A stretch of DNA of 63,400 nucleotides, counting the filler, from Dugesia japonica (lineage: Eukaryota): NCBI GenBank assembly GCA_001938525.1. It is 6 parts of 6 records of this genome, joined end to end, with 100 filler letters (N's around TTAATTAATTAA, not from the genome) between each part and the next. Parts side by side here need not be neighbours in the genome. Positions count along the whole stretch, not along the records: positions 42,815 to 51,657 come from MQRL01593424.1; positions 51,758 to 63,400 come from MQRL01631824.1; 4 more parts are not named here. One strand, 5' to 3'. Positions 51,015 to 63,400 of this stretch are shown piece by piece (position 1 is the first letter of the stretch; every line of letters begins with the position of its first letter). Position numbers and translations under genes: made by a program. The notes below the pieces were generated by a model. It worked only from the letters and a program-made list of their open reading frames with translations, made no database searches and was not told the origin of the DNA.

Positions 51015-53303
51015 AAATAATATTTAATCACATTTGAAATATATATTTTTTCTTCTTTTTATTTGAATTTTAATGTGATTATTTTGTATAATTTAATTAA
51101 TATAAAATAATGAAACATTATAATTTTACGAAAAATATAACATAATCGAATTAATAGATGTTTTATGTTAATACAATATTCGATAAATTTTAACTGTAAA
51201 TCGATAAGTTTGCTTGTGCCAAAAATGCAAAAAAAATATCTAAATATATATAAAATTCAAAAAAATTATATTTAGAAAAAACTCTATTATTCATTACTAT
51301 TAGAAGCAGAGCATATATCCTCATTTATAATAGAGTCTGACATGATTTCCTAATAATTATTTCAAAATCATATAAATAATCTTCTGTAAATTTCCAATTA
51401 AAATTTCTGAATTACCAGCTGAAATAAATCAAACAAAACCTATTTATTCCAATAAAGTTCGATAGTTAAATATATATAGTAATAAATATATACACAAACT
51501 CATCAAATAACTATGAATTAATGTAACTGTCATTTCAAAAGTATTTCATTTTATTGATTAAACTTCTTTTAAAATTTTTATTATTTAAAATAAAATATTT
51601 ATTTGAAGAAGATTTCAGTAAATAATTTAAGTTATACTATTATTTTCATTTTAAAAANNNNNNNNNNNNNNNNNNNNNNNNNNNNNNNNNNNNNNNNNNN
51701 NTTAATTAATTAANNNNNNNNNNNNNNNNNNNNNNNNNNNNNNNNNNNNNNNNNNNNTATATATAAATGCATGTGTGTGTGAAATTTAGGATCACTCAAT
51801 TTTAATTTTAGACGAGCTTCATTGCTTAATGTTAGATTTAAGAATCAATTAAAAAGATATTTGCTCTCTAAGAGTTGAATAATAAAAATTTTCAAATTTT
51901 AAGTTGGTAAAAAAATTAACAAAACAAAAGTGATAAGATAAAAAATATTCAAGAAGTTTTCGGATCAGACAAATTCCTAGGATTTACTAATTATTACCAA
52001 TAGTTTTTAAGATATTACGCTTTCTAACTGGTAAAAGGGTGAACATAATACAATCTATATGAATGTAGAAATTATAATCAGACTTTAAAGTAGTCGGTAG
52101 GAAGAATTAATGTTGTCTTTGTCAAATCGAAATAAAAAAACTATACAATATAAAAACATCGATTTTAATTAAAAATACGCCTATGAAAAAGAAAAAAATG
52201 ATAAATAAACTTGTGTAACCAGAAAAGAATTATTGCTTTAGTATGAGTAATTTTAAGCATAACATTTCACGTGAAAAGTATAAAACACCAATAAATAACA
52301 AAGTCAAATAATCATGACTAAGAAGAAAAGATTTTATTACAATTCACTTCTAGTTTCGAGATATATTCGCACCAAAATGATTTCATCAAAGATAAATGCT
52401 CGATTATACAATAAACTCGCCATTTTATGTCAAAATTTATTGTAAGTATGGTTTGAGACAGTTAAATATTTTATAAGTTCGACCGTTAAATAATTTAAAA
52501 TATTTTAATAATTAATTTACTTAACTTCATAAAATAAAGTTAGAAAATTTAAAATTTTTTAAAAATTAAACGCTTGATTCTTGACGAAGACTTAATGGAG
52601 GCATCAAAAACCTTAAAAAAGCTGAGAGATATCAAGGAAGATTACGATTAGCCTTTGAAGGTAAATAGATGTGAAAAAAAGATTTTCAAAATCTTATAAA
52701 TTATCGAGGTGGTGATAAAAAATATAATATGCATTGATTTTTTACAAATATTTGTTCAATTTTATTTAATAATTCAGCAGTTAGTATTTCCTTTCTTTTA
52801 TAACCACGATTTTAAATATAACAGCCATATTTTTTATATATATTTTAAAATTATGTGCTTTTCCTATTCATTCCTGTTATTTCAGTAATTTTTTTCCCAA
52901 TTCAAAACATTTTTAGAAAAATTTTTATGCTAATAATCATTACTCTCGGAGACCGATCTGAATATATTTCTGGACTGCTAGGCTTTGGAGAGTTACCCTC
53001 TATGAAAGCCGGAATTCATCAATAGTTTCATTGAACTGATATAGAATGAAATTTAAAGAAGTGTTTTTGTTCATTTCTAGCATTTTTAAACATAAATGTG
53101 GTTGAATTTAATGAAATTAAATTTAAACTTAAAAAGCCTTATGAGAAAGATGTTAAAAAAATGAATTTGGTTGAACAAATGAAATATGCATTATTGTAAT
53201 TAATAAATTTGTGCATTCTAGAAACAACTCTGAGATAATCTTCACAAATACAAAATTTATTTATCTATCAACATTCTTACAAAGAACTATATAAACAAAT
53301 TAC

Positions 53304-56300
53304 CTGTAGATGATCATACATGAGAATGAAAAACCAATTGGATAATAATTTAGACAGTAAATCAGACTGACGAAACATTGATCTTTCTTCTTCATTAACT
53401 TTTTTTTTATCATAATCATTCTTAATTAAAATCTTAAGGATTCTAAAATATAAAAGCTGCATAAACTTTTTTGTAACAGAAATTTCATTGAAACAATTCA
53501 CATTTTACAATTAATTAGCATTTTAAATTAAACATTAACATATTTGCAAAATAAACTTGAGAAAAAAAGAGTGAAAATGTTCAAATGAATAACAAAGAAT
53601 ATTTAATTAATAAAAGTTAGATGTCAAATTTATTAAAATTTTGCTGATGTTCCAAATAATTCAAATATTAAATTCATTTTATTTAAATTAACTTTTCCAT
53701 TGTAATATATTTAATGTAAATGAGTAAGTAAATGAATTTATCCGGTTTTATTTGTATTTATTTAGGTCTGTGTGTAAATTCGTCCCGCTTTCATACAAAT
53801 ATTTTATTTAATTGAAATTATTTAAATATTTATTAAAAAATTAAACCTTAGCCCATGTTAAGTTTTAATGTTGTTTGATTGACTGACTTTTTAAAAATTT
53901 GGTAACATTTAAAATGGAAGATAGAAAAGAATACTTTAGACACATCGAGCTTTACTATTTCTGGAAGGACAAAAATCCTTCTGGGACATTTAAAAAATGT
54001 TTTGTTTGCAGTGAGAGTGTTGTTGAAGAATCCACGTGCCATAAGTGATTCAGACCCTATCGCCTGAAAAATTTATTTATTACTGATGCACCACGTTCCG
54101 GACGACCTATTGAGACCGACAACATCGAAATATTGACGCTTATTGGGAGTGAATGCCACAGAACAATTCAAGATATTGAAGAAATACTTGGTATTAACCA
54201 TTCAACAATGTCCAGACGTCTACATCAACGGGAATGACAACTAAAGACAATTTATGGGTGCTAACGGATAAAAGTTTACAAGACAGAATTTCGGCTTGCG
54301 AATTTCTATTATAGCGTAACAAAATCGAACCATTTTTAAAGCTATTGGTAGCCTGGGAATAAAAATGGATAAAATATTATAATGTTAAGAGTAATGGATA
54401 CCAGAGTAAGGTGGAAATTTTCCATTAACCATAGACAAACCCAGTCTACATTCAAGGAAAGCAATTATGAATTTAATGGGATTTCAAATGAATAATTTTT
54501 GATCTTTTGATTCAAAACTAAAATACTACTTCGGAGAAATATTGTTCACAAATAATTAATTTCAAGAAAATAATCAACCAGAAGCAAAAATAGAAATAGT
54601 ATTGTGTTTCATCAAAACGATACTAGACCACACGCATCTATGGTCACCGTACTTATCAGGTCTTGTGCCATCCGATTATCATTTATTTAGATCCTTCAAA
54701 ACATTTTACGTGATAAGAACTTCCTTGCTTGGAAGATTTAAAAATCACTAGAATCATTTTCGCGGTCAGAAACTTCAGTTTCTATGAGTGCGGGATTATG
54801 AAGAATGTTTAATGTAATTCAGCGACTTTAGCGTACCGATTGCTCCTATTTATTCACAAACAAAAAGTTAAATAGAAAATAATTTTGAAATATAAAAATG
54901 TTAAATACTCAAAGATATATGAATTAAAATTTTTTCGGCAGCCGGAAGTTTTTAAATTTCAATGTATAATAAAATAAATTGCATACCATTAAAAAGAAAA
55001 TGAAGAGTCGAGAAGAAAGCTTTTTTTATTAATTATAAATGTTTGCTTCGAAAACTGTTCTTATCAATTAAAATCTTTACTGTGATATAATTATGTAATA
55101 TTTTTAATCAACATTTTTACAACTGTAATTATAGAATTAGTATTTTGTCACTTTAACATTATCGTTGACAATACTTGCATTTGCAGTCAATTTAACTATG
55201 ATATGAAAAATACTGTCCGCGAAAGTGTTAAAAATATACTACTTAAATCTTTCCATTATTGTCTAACAGTATTTTAACATAATATAAACAAAAGATTTTT
55301 TAAAAATTTAAAAATTTGTTTATTATTTGCTAAATAAAAAAAATTAGTGTTTGGGGATGTGTTACAAAAATTACATTAAAAAATTTAAATAACTAACAAA
55401 AATATAAAATAAGAACAACATTTTGATCAAAGATTTTAATTTAATTAAATCTCAAATGGAATCCATTGTTAAGTCCGACAATTATTTTCGCAATAATTTT
55501 AATTGTAAAAATGTTAATTATTTAAAATAATTGGTTCAAATAAAAAAGATTATTCCTTCACCACAGCTAAAATATACCTGATATATCCAAATATTAAAAC
55601 TGAAAAGACCATATGGATCATTTTAGTTTAATGAATATATGTTGTGACAGTTTGAATGATTCTTTATATTGATAATTCAATCGTATAACTACGGAAATAT
55701 TTACATCATTGATTTAATATCCAAAGTATACATTTACAATAAATATTTGAATAAATAGTGTAAAAGAAATGTAAATTTATCATTAATTTTTAGTATTAAG
55801 GTATTTATTAAGCTGTACCAAAGGTTNGTAGTCATAACAAGATTTTTATCATCCAAATCTAAAGAATGGTACATGCATGGAATCCATGAATAATATTGTA
55901 TTTTGAAAAATAAAAGCACTTCATAATATATTTAAAATTAACGTGACAAAATTTATTATAATCTTGAAAAAATTTATAAAAAAATTTAATCAAAAATATA
56001 AGAAAATTTTAAATACTAAAATTTTTGAAATTATTTTTAAAAACTAAAAATTGTTATTGTTAAAAAGCTTTCTAATTTTTTTGGTCAAATGAAATAAAAT
56101 TAGAACAGCTTTCAAAATTTCAAGTAGTACTAAAGTAAATTATTTATCATAAGAAATACCATTAAAAGTTTAAGTTATTAAAGAAAGTTCTAATCCCATA
56201 AAATATCACATGGAACAAAATTGAAAAAAATAAAAGAATAATACAAAAGTAAATTAACATTGTTCTTAAATTGGTATTAAAATTGTAATGAATAAAAGTT

Positions 56301-59300
56301 ACGATTTATCTTACTTCCATCGCTTATATTTTCGTTAATAAAAAAAATAATTTCTTGAGAGTATTTTCAAAAAAAACAAACCATACGTTAAGAGGTTACT
56401 ATTATTGATATTAGGTTGGTAAGAAAATAATTGCGGTTTTTAACATATAAAAGTAAAAATCTCGGAAAACAAAGATATTTTATTCAAAATATGAACCGTT
56501 ACAACCAATACATTTCTCCCAATGAGAATTCTCTTGAAGAAAATTGGAGCGAGGATAAAAAAATGATAGTCGGTTTGCGACAGGTCCGGGGAGTATGGTG
56601 GATGAGGCGGACTTTCAAATCCTAAATCATTTAGTTTCTGCAGGGATAGTTTTGCGATGTGTGGACGGGCATTGTCGTGAAGAATAATGGGATGTTTTCC
56701 ATTAACTAATGCAGCTCACATAGAATTCAACTTGTGGTGCATTTCGTAAATTTCTTGACAATATTTTTCTACCGTCATAGTTTCACCTTGATTTTAAAAG
56801 TTTTAATGAACCAGACCGGCTATGGACCACCAAANTGTCACCATTGTCTTCTTTTTATGCAATTTCGGCTTTGGAAAATGATATGGTGCTTCGCCTTTGT
56901 CTAACCATTGCGATGCCCACTTTCTATTGTCGTATACAATACATTTTTCGTCGCAAGTCACAATCCAATCAAGAAATTGATTGGTTTTATTTCTAAACAG
57001 ATTCGCCGACAGATCTCGTAACGGCGGTTTTACTGAAAATCGTTCAATTCATGCAGAACGCATTTATCGAACTTCAATACTTTTCCAAGTTGATGGAGGT
57101 TACATGACTTACGCCTAAATTCTTCCCAAGCTCCTGAGTTTTTGTGCGTGGATCTGCTTCGATCATTACCTTAAAATCGTTCTTGCTAACTTCTGATGGA
57201 CGTTCNNNNNNNNNNNNNNNNNNAAGACTCTCATTTCCACTCCTGAATTTTTTAAATCAAAATTGCACCGTTCTTTCTTTTGCAGTTTCGTTGCCGAATG
57301 CGTTGTTGACTTTCCGAGTCGTTTATGCTGTTTTAGATCTCAGTTTAAATTAATATAGCAATTCTTTTCTTACCAACCCAATATATAAAACATTTGCACA
57401 GAATACGAAATGGAGAAGTAACCATTTTCATAATAAATATTAGAAATTGCTTTTTAATTCTTTATTTGCTAAGGTTAATTTTTATGTTTTTTACATAAAA
57501 ATTGCAGCTATAACTAAGAAATATAATCTAAAAGTTCTCGTGATAATTTTTTTAATTTTATATAGCTTGCAAATGCCATTTCATAAAAATCTGTAGACTG
57601 CAAACTTGATTCAATGTTATATATGAATCTTTCAAAGATTTGAAATAATTTACAACATTTATTCTGATAATTAGGAAGTTGACTTTAATAATACTTATTT
57701 TTCTACCAGGAACTTTTAAAGAATATGAATGAGAATTGATAATTTTTATAAAAATTCTAAATTTAATAGTCAATTTAAAAATCTGAATAATTTTGTTACA
57801 CCAATTTGTAAAATTTCAGTGTTCAAATTATCTGCTAAAATGTACAGCTCACATTTGACCTTGGGAGATTAGTGACAAAATGTACATAATTTATCTATGA
57901 ATATTTCAAAGGCATTTGTTTATAAGTTTCGTTATTGTATCATCTCGTGCTAATTTTGTAAAGTTTAATTAGAACGATGGATTTATTTCCTAGCATCACA
58001 TTAGTGCCAACATAAAGCAATAAGAAAATTTTTAAAATAATTATTTGAAATCAACATTTATATAAAATAGTAATTAATACTTGTAATTAATTATATTTGC
58101 TAATAGTATTTTCTAACTCTACAAGATCTACAAAAATAAAAAAAATGTAGACAACTTTTATGGAAATTACCAAGACAGAATAGTTGATTCATATAATAAA
58201 ATATAAGTTTTGTAAATTTTTTAGAGAATATTTCTAATTATATTTCTTTGGAAATAGGTTTTATGATTGTTATTGTTGTAAATTTAAATTTAATGATATT
58301 CATAAATCAAGACTGTTTTTATTTGGCAATTCTCTTGAATCAAGAGAATCAGATTTATTATTTTTTGTCGAATTATAAAGCGTTTAGAATTTTTTATGTT
58401 ATTAAAACCTTTTTTCAATAATTTTTAGCAATACTGATTTACTTTTATTATTAAGTTTTATGATTTTATTATGCAAAATCTATTTATTATTAATCGGATG
58501 ACATTTTACACAAAAAATGAATTTTATCAAATGCAACATTATTAATTATTATTATTTATATAATATTATTCGTTAATTTATTATTTACAGAGTAAAAACA
58601 ATTTATAAATGTATTTAGTATTGAAAATTGTGAATTCAATAATTTTGCTTATAATAAAGAATTTTAAATAATAAAAGCACCTTGTATAATTTGACATATC
58701 CTTCATGAGAATTAATGATAAAAACGAAACAATATCAGACTTCTTTGATTCAACTTCTTGGTGTTCTTCCAAAAATGTAAAAAACATTAAAACAAATAAC
58801 TCATCCTCAAACAATCTCGATAATTTTCGAGAATATTCAATAGTATTTTCGATAACTTGAATCTTAAAGAAATTAAATAACGAAAACGATTAAAGTTGAA
58901 ATACTTGTTTATTAAATATTAATGGATGGCTAGATGGTTCATTACTATTATAATTGTAGTAATTTAAATCAATAATGGATTCATTCATGTTTTTACTTTC
59001 TTTGAACAATCTAGGATGTGTATTCGGAAAGAGATTATACAATATATACACATTATATGGATGAATTGGTGCATCGCTCCAATTTTTATGAATTTCATCT
59101 TGAATAGCTGCTTGATTAAGTTCAGCTATTCCTAAAATTAAAAAAATAAAAGGTGTTAAAAATTACAATCATAAGCATCAGAATTATTATTGCCTTTCAT
59201 TTCATATTAGTAGATAGATAAGTCCGCACTGGAACAAAGTCCCCTTGCGTACACTTGTTTCCATCGATTTAATTTGTCAAAATAAAGGTGTATGGTTAAA

Positions 59301-62300
59301 TAATATGTGTTGTTCCCGAAATTCATGTAGATTATTATAAAAAGACGTGTACCGAACACGTAATAGGAGTGTAGTGTTTCAGAATATTAAGTGGTATGTG
59401 TTAGGTAAATCTTCAATTGATAACTCATTTTTCAAATCACGAATAATATTTTTATACAAACATTTTAAATAAAAACACGCCCACAATTATGAAAAATAAG
59501 GAAAACATCAACATATAATTTGTAAGCATAAAAAGACAATAATTTCATCCGTTTTACAAGCTTATTCAAAAAAATCGACGCTGTAAGAACTAATGGAGAA
59601 TTTATAGCCACTTCATCTATCTGTTTCTACTATTTATTGTTACATNAAAACGAAACATCAGCCGTTGCAAAGGTGAACAATTCACGAAAAGCAAACATTT
59701 CAATATGATTACTCACATTCTTTTTTCATAAGTTACAACAAAGACAAATGAAATATTAAATGAAGCATACTGAAAACTATAGTTGTATGATTTTTTGACA
59801 AGAAGATCGTAAAAACTTTGATCGGTGTAATGTAATACTATTGAGACAATCAATTTCCAAACCTTTAGAATTATTGCATACACCTAATAATATACTAATA
59901 ATATACAATTACAATAATATACTAAAATAATCTCATATTTTTCATTTTTGTCTGATGATGACGGTTGATCAATTGAAATATATTACAATTGTTAATTTTC
60001 AATATTAATTGAATTAATTGATATTACATTAAAATAATGAAATTTTATAAAAATAAAATTTATTTGTATAGAAATTCAAATTTTCGACAAAAGTCTTCTT
60101 CAAGAACATTATGACTTCTTGATAGATTCAACACAATCTTTGTTACTCAATTCTTTAGATTTTATCGAAATTTTATTGGTTTATTTTAATTATGAATTTC
60201 AATTTTTATTTTTAAATTAACTATCAAATTTTTTTTAATCAAATCGAAGTCTTTTAGAAATTTTATTTTTAGTTGTGTTTTGATATAATTTTCATATATA
60301 AGAGATTTTTTAAAGTTTTTTTTTCATTAAAAAATATTTATATATTAGTGATTTTTAAAATTTTATTCGATTATAATTTTTATATATTAGAAATTTTGAA
60401 AATTTTTTTTGTTTTTTTTTAATTATTTACTATTTATATCTATATAATTAGTGTTTTCATATATGTTATATTCAAAAGGCTACATTTTAAAAATTTTTAA
60501 ATCAATTAAAAAAGAATTATTTTTATATCAAATTAATTTTAAAAAAAATTATTTAAAATTTTCTTTCAAATTCCTATTAAAAATTTTTTTTTTATTTAAT
60601 TGATATTAAACGCAAAAACGACTTTTAATAAATGTAACATGTTTACGGTGTAATAATAATTTATAAATGGATCAAATATTAGTCGCAATGAACAATCATA
60701 TAAAGCTTTGAAATTTTTACAATTACAGCCGTTATAACTAGAATAATTGTTAGAATTAATCATTGATCGCATTTTTAACTTTCGAGAAATTTTTATTTTA
60801 TTTGTTTATTATGATACAAACTATTTTATTGTTTTAATACCAAAATTTAATATTAAAAATGTTATTTTATTATTTTCCGTCAAAATTTAAAATTAGTAAA
60901 TTCATAATATTATTTACAAAATATTAAAATAATGAAATGAAGTGCTAATAATATGGTTTCAATTTAAATAAATTAATATTCTATACATTTAAATAAAAAA
61001 TTTCAACAGTAATATTTTTATAAATTATTTACCTGTTTTTAAAATTTCATTTGCTTCTTTCATAACTTTTTCAGTAAATATATTATGTTTCTCACGTTTC
61101 AATCTCTGTTTGGTTTGTATTTTCTTCACAATTATAACTGCTACCAGAATGACTCCGAACAAAATGGTAATTATTATAATTGTGATTATAATTACACTAA
61201 TGGTGTCTAAAGATATATCACCTTTTTCAAATTGAACCAAACCAGGTACAAATATTGTATCTTTTCCTATCTAAATTGTTAAACAAATAGAACAAATTTT
61301 TAAAAAAATTTTAAAACATCATAAATACACATGTTCTCACTAATTTAATAATTATTTTAAACATTAAAATCGTTGTTCTTAAAACAGTAATAATAAGATG
61401 ATATATTTAAATTTTTTTAAATAATTTAAGAAAATCAAACACATTTTGAATTTCAGTTTTACAATTTAATTATTTTACAGTATAAAATTTTTATTTACAA
61501 TCCCTTTATTTATTATTGTACATAATTCTAAGTTAATTAAATATGTTAATAAAGTAATTTAAAATACAAACCCTAAGATCGAGTTGATATTTACGATGAA
61601 TATCAATTTTATTTATATCAATGTTGCACCGTATGTTATTTTTTTCTAAACTAATATTAGTGCAACTAATAGAACCAATATAGATCTTCAAATCAGATTC
61701 CAAAAAAGCAGGAGTAGACACTTTATCATTTATGTCTAAATATATTGTTACTTGTTTTTTTATTGGCTTTGGTCTTACAAAGCTGAAAGACGTTGATGGT
61801 AGATTAATTCTACTTGAGGATAATGTGAAATTAGGAGTTGAAAATAACTATCAAAATTATTAAAAATATTAAAATAATGAATAGTTACAGTAATTGTAGT
61901 ATTGTGTAATGACACAGTTCCATTTTCCATTCCAAAAATTAATAAACAATCTTGAGAATTAATTATACCAGACGTTTTAGGAGATAAACAATAAATATCA
62001 CTATTATTAACTAGACAATCCTAAAAAAAATAATCGAGTTTTTCTTGAAAGTCTAAGTTACTTCAGAAATACTTAAAATATTTCTACAATAAAACCCCAC
62101 ACAAGGTTTGTTGATAAGATTCAAGTTCATACCACTAATTCTGAATATTTGGCCACCACTAAAAATTTAAAATTAAAAGTTTTAACTTAAAAATGTAAAA
62201 ATACTTTGTTATAAATCTATTTCGAGAAATTTTTGTCACAATAGGATTAGGATGAAAGTGGAACTGAATATCATTGAATTTCATAATATTTTGATCAATA

Positions 62301-62405
62301 ATTAAATGCATAATGGCTTTATAAAAATTAGCGCTTCTTCTAAGTCGAATTGATTCTCGAGAAGGAAATTCATTTAATTGGCATAATATATAAGTTTCGT
62401 AATTT
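53304..62405 (-). CDS. Plexin, partial multi-exon gene (IPT repeats, TM helix, start of the cytoplasmic GAP domain)
   Basis: Short-intron exons from 62405 to 61572 (FHFHPNPIVTKI..GGQIFRISGMNL, IPT); 61270-61033 (TM); 59131-58905 (IAELNQ..YNLFP..HPL); 58862-58681 (LFEDELFVLMFFTFLEE..IVSFLSLIL); 53442-53304 (MFRQSDLLSKLLSNWF); splice phases are compatible. Confidence 0.85.
53762..54810 (+). mobile_element. Mariner fossil (mellifera-like) in a plexin intron
   Basis: 5' TIR TTAGGTCTGTG..., MEDRKEYFRHI, DAPRSGRP, RNKIEPFLK, FHQNDTRPH, LVPSDYHLFRS. Confidence 0.88.
56411..57381 (-). mobile_element. Mariner fossil (cecropia/Hsmar1-like) in a plexin intron
   Basis: TA|TTAGGTTGGTAAGAAAATAATTGC ... 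TTCTTACCAACCCAA|TA; IVTCDEK, LHDNARPH, HPPYSPDLSQTDYHFF. Confidence 0.93.
57790..58012 (-). pseudogene. hAT transposase fragment (KIAA1586/ZNF862-like)
   Basis: GTNVMLGNKS and NAFEIFIDKLCTFCH*SPKVKCELYILADNLNTEILQIG. Confidence 0.6.
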
Positions 62406-62489
62406 CTAAAAGAAGAATACATTAAGATAGTAATATCAATGTCCAATTTATAGGACATTAAAATTTCCCGCGGAATAGAAAGAATTATA

Positions 62490-62560
62490 CAGTGGCGTAG
62501 CTACCATGGAACAGTTTGAGCAAAATGCTCCAGGTGCACGAATCACGAGGGCAAAACAAT
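62490..62560 (+). mobile_element. Probable hAT-type TIR end
   Basis: CAGTGGCGTAGCTA... GC-rich block; partner end not seen. Confidence 0.35.
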
Positions 62561-63400
62561 GTAAAAACATTTGTAAAAAAATATTTTATGCAAAAATAAA
62601 AACATTGTAAATATGTTTACTATTTTATAATTACAATTATTGTGAGAATAATTGTTGGACTTAACCATTGATCGCATTTGAGATTTCATTAAAATAAAGC
62701 AAAAGCTTCGATCCAAATATTTTATTTATTTTGATCGAAGCCTTTTCTTTATTTTAATGAAATGTTTACTATTATTTAAAGAAAAAATAAAATGTTTACT
62801 TTAGTTTAATTTTTAATGACGCAATTAAAAGATATATAGTGAAAATTTTGAAAATTAAGCATAATTCCAACTGATTTCAAATATCGAAATGAAATATTCC
62901 TTGTTTTAAAAACACAAAATATTTTAATTTGTTAAATTTTGGATAATTCAGGGAAAATATTTATACGGGAAAANNNNNNNNNNNNNNNNNNNNNNNNNNN
63001 NNNNNNNNNNNNNNNNNNNNNNNNNNNNNNNNNNNNNNNNNNNNNNNNNNNNNNNNNNNNNNNNNNNNNNNNNNNNNNNNNNNNNNNNNNNNNNNNNNNN
63101 NNNNNNAATGAATAAAAATTAATCATAAAAAATAACAAAATACTTATTTTTATTGCAGGATGTCCAATCAAATAAGAACGGAAAGCAAAAAATGGGATAT
63201 ATTAAAAAAAATGCTGAAATAACATTTTTGTCGATTAAAGTCATATATTAGTTTGATTTCTTATGACAACAAATCACGAGCTGAAGGCAATAATTCTTAA
63301 GACTAAGGTTTCCAGTACTGGCATTATAGAAACCGGATAATTATTACCGGAGAAATTCAATACCGATATACCAAACCAAATAAAATCAATATTTCGATAT

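Overview
AT-rich invertebrate genomic DNA with 40-50 nt GT-AG introns; a planarian-type flatworm is plausible but that is inference only. The window is six contigs joined by artificial 100-bp linkers (44N-TTAATTAATTAA-44N at 9867, 19528, 29205, 42715, 51658), so adjacency across a linker is not biological. The first 33 kb is dominated by decayed Polinton/Maverick (adintovirus-like) elements: pPolB, A32-type ATPase (x2), integrase-chromodomain (x2), minor capsid (x2), major capsid (x2, plus a possible second type), adenain-like protease, basic core-like ORFs and small spliced ORFs. It also holds a gene-less non-autonomous Polinton (14246-18788) with AGTAGGTAGA-type TIRs and a perfect 6-bp TSD. 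The main result is a compact TATA-binding-protein-like gene (YEPELFP stirrup) placed head-to-head with the Polinton packaging ATPase (29550-30005), with a second diverged copy at 7245-7400 that the ORF track misses. Several termini of this family carry dense clusters of transcription-factor-like motifs. The rest is a gypsy gag remnant, four Tc1/mariner-superfamily fossils, hAT remnants and MITEs, a 3' exon of a Nemo-like kinase and a multi-exon part of a plexin gene.
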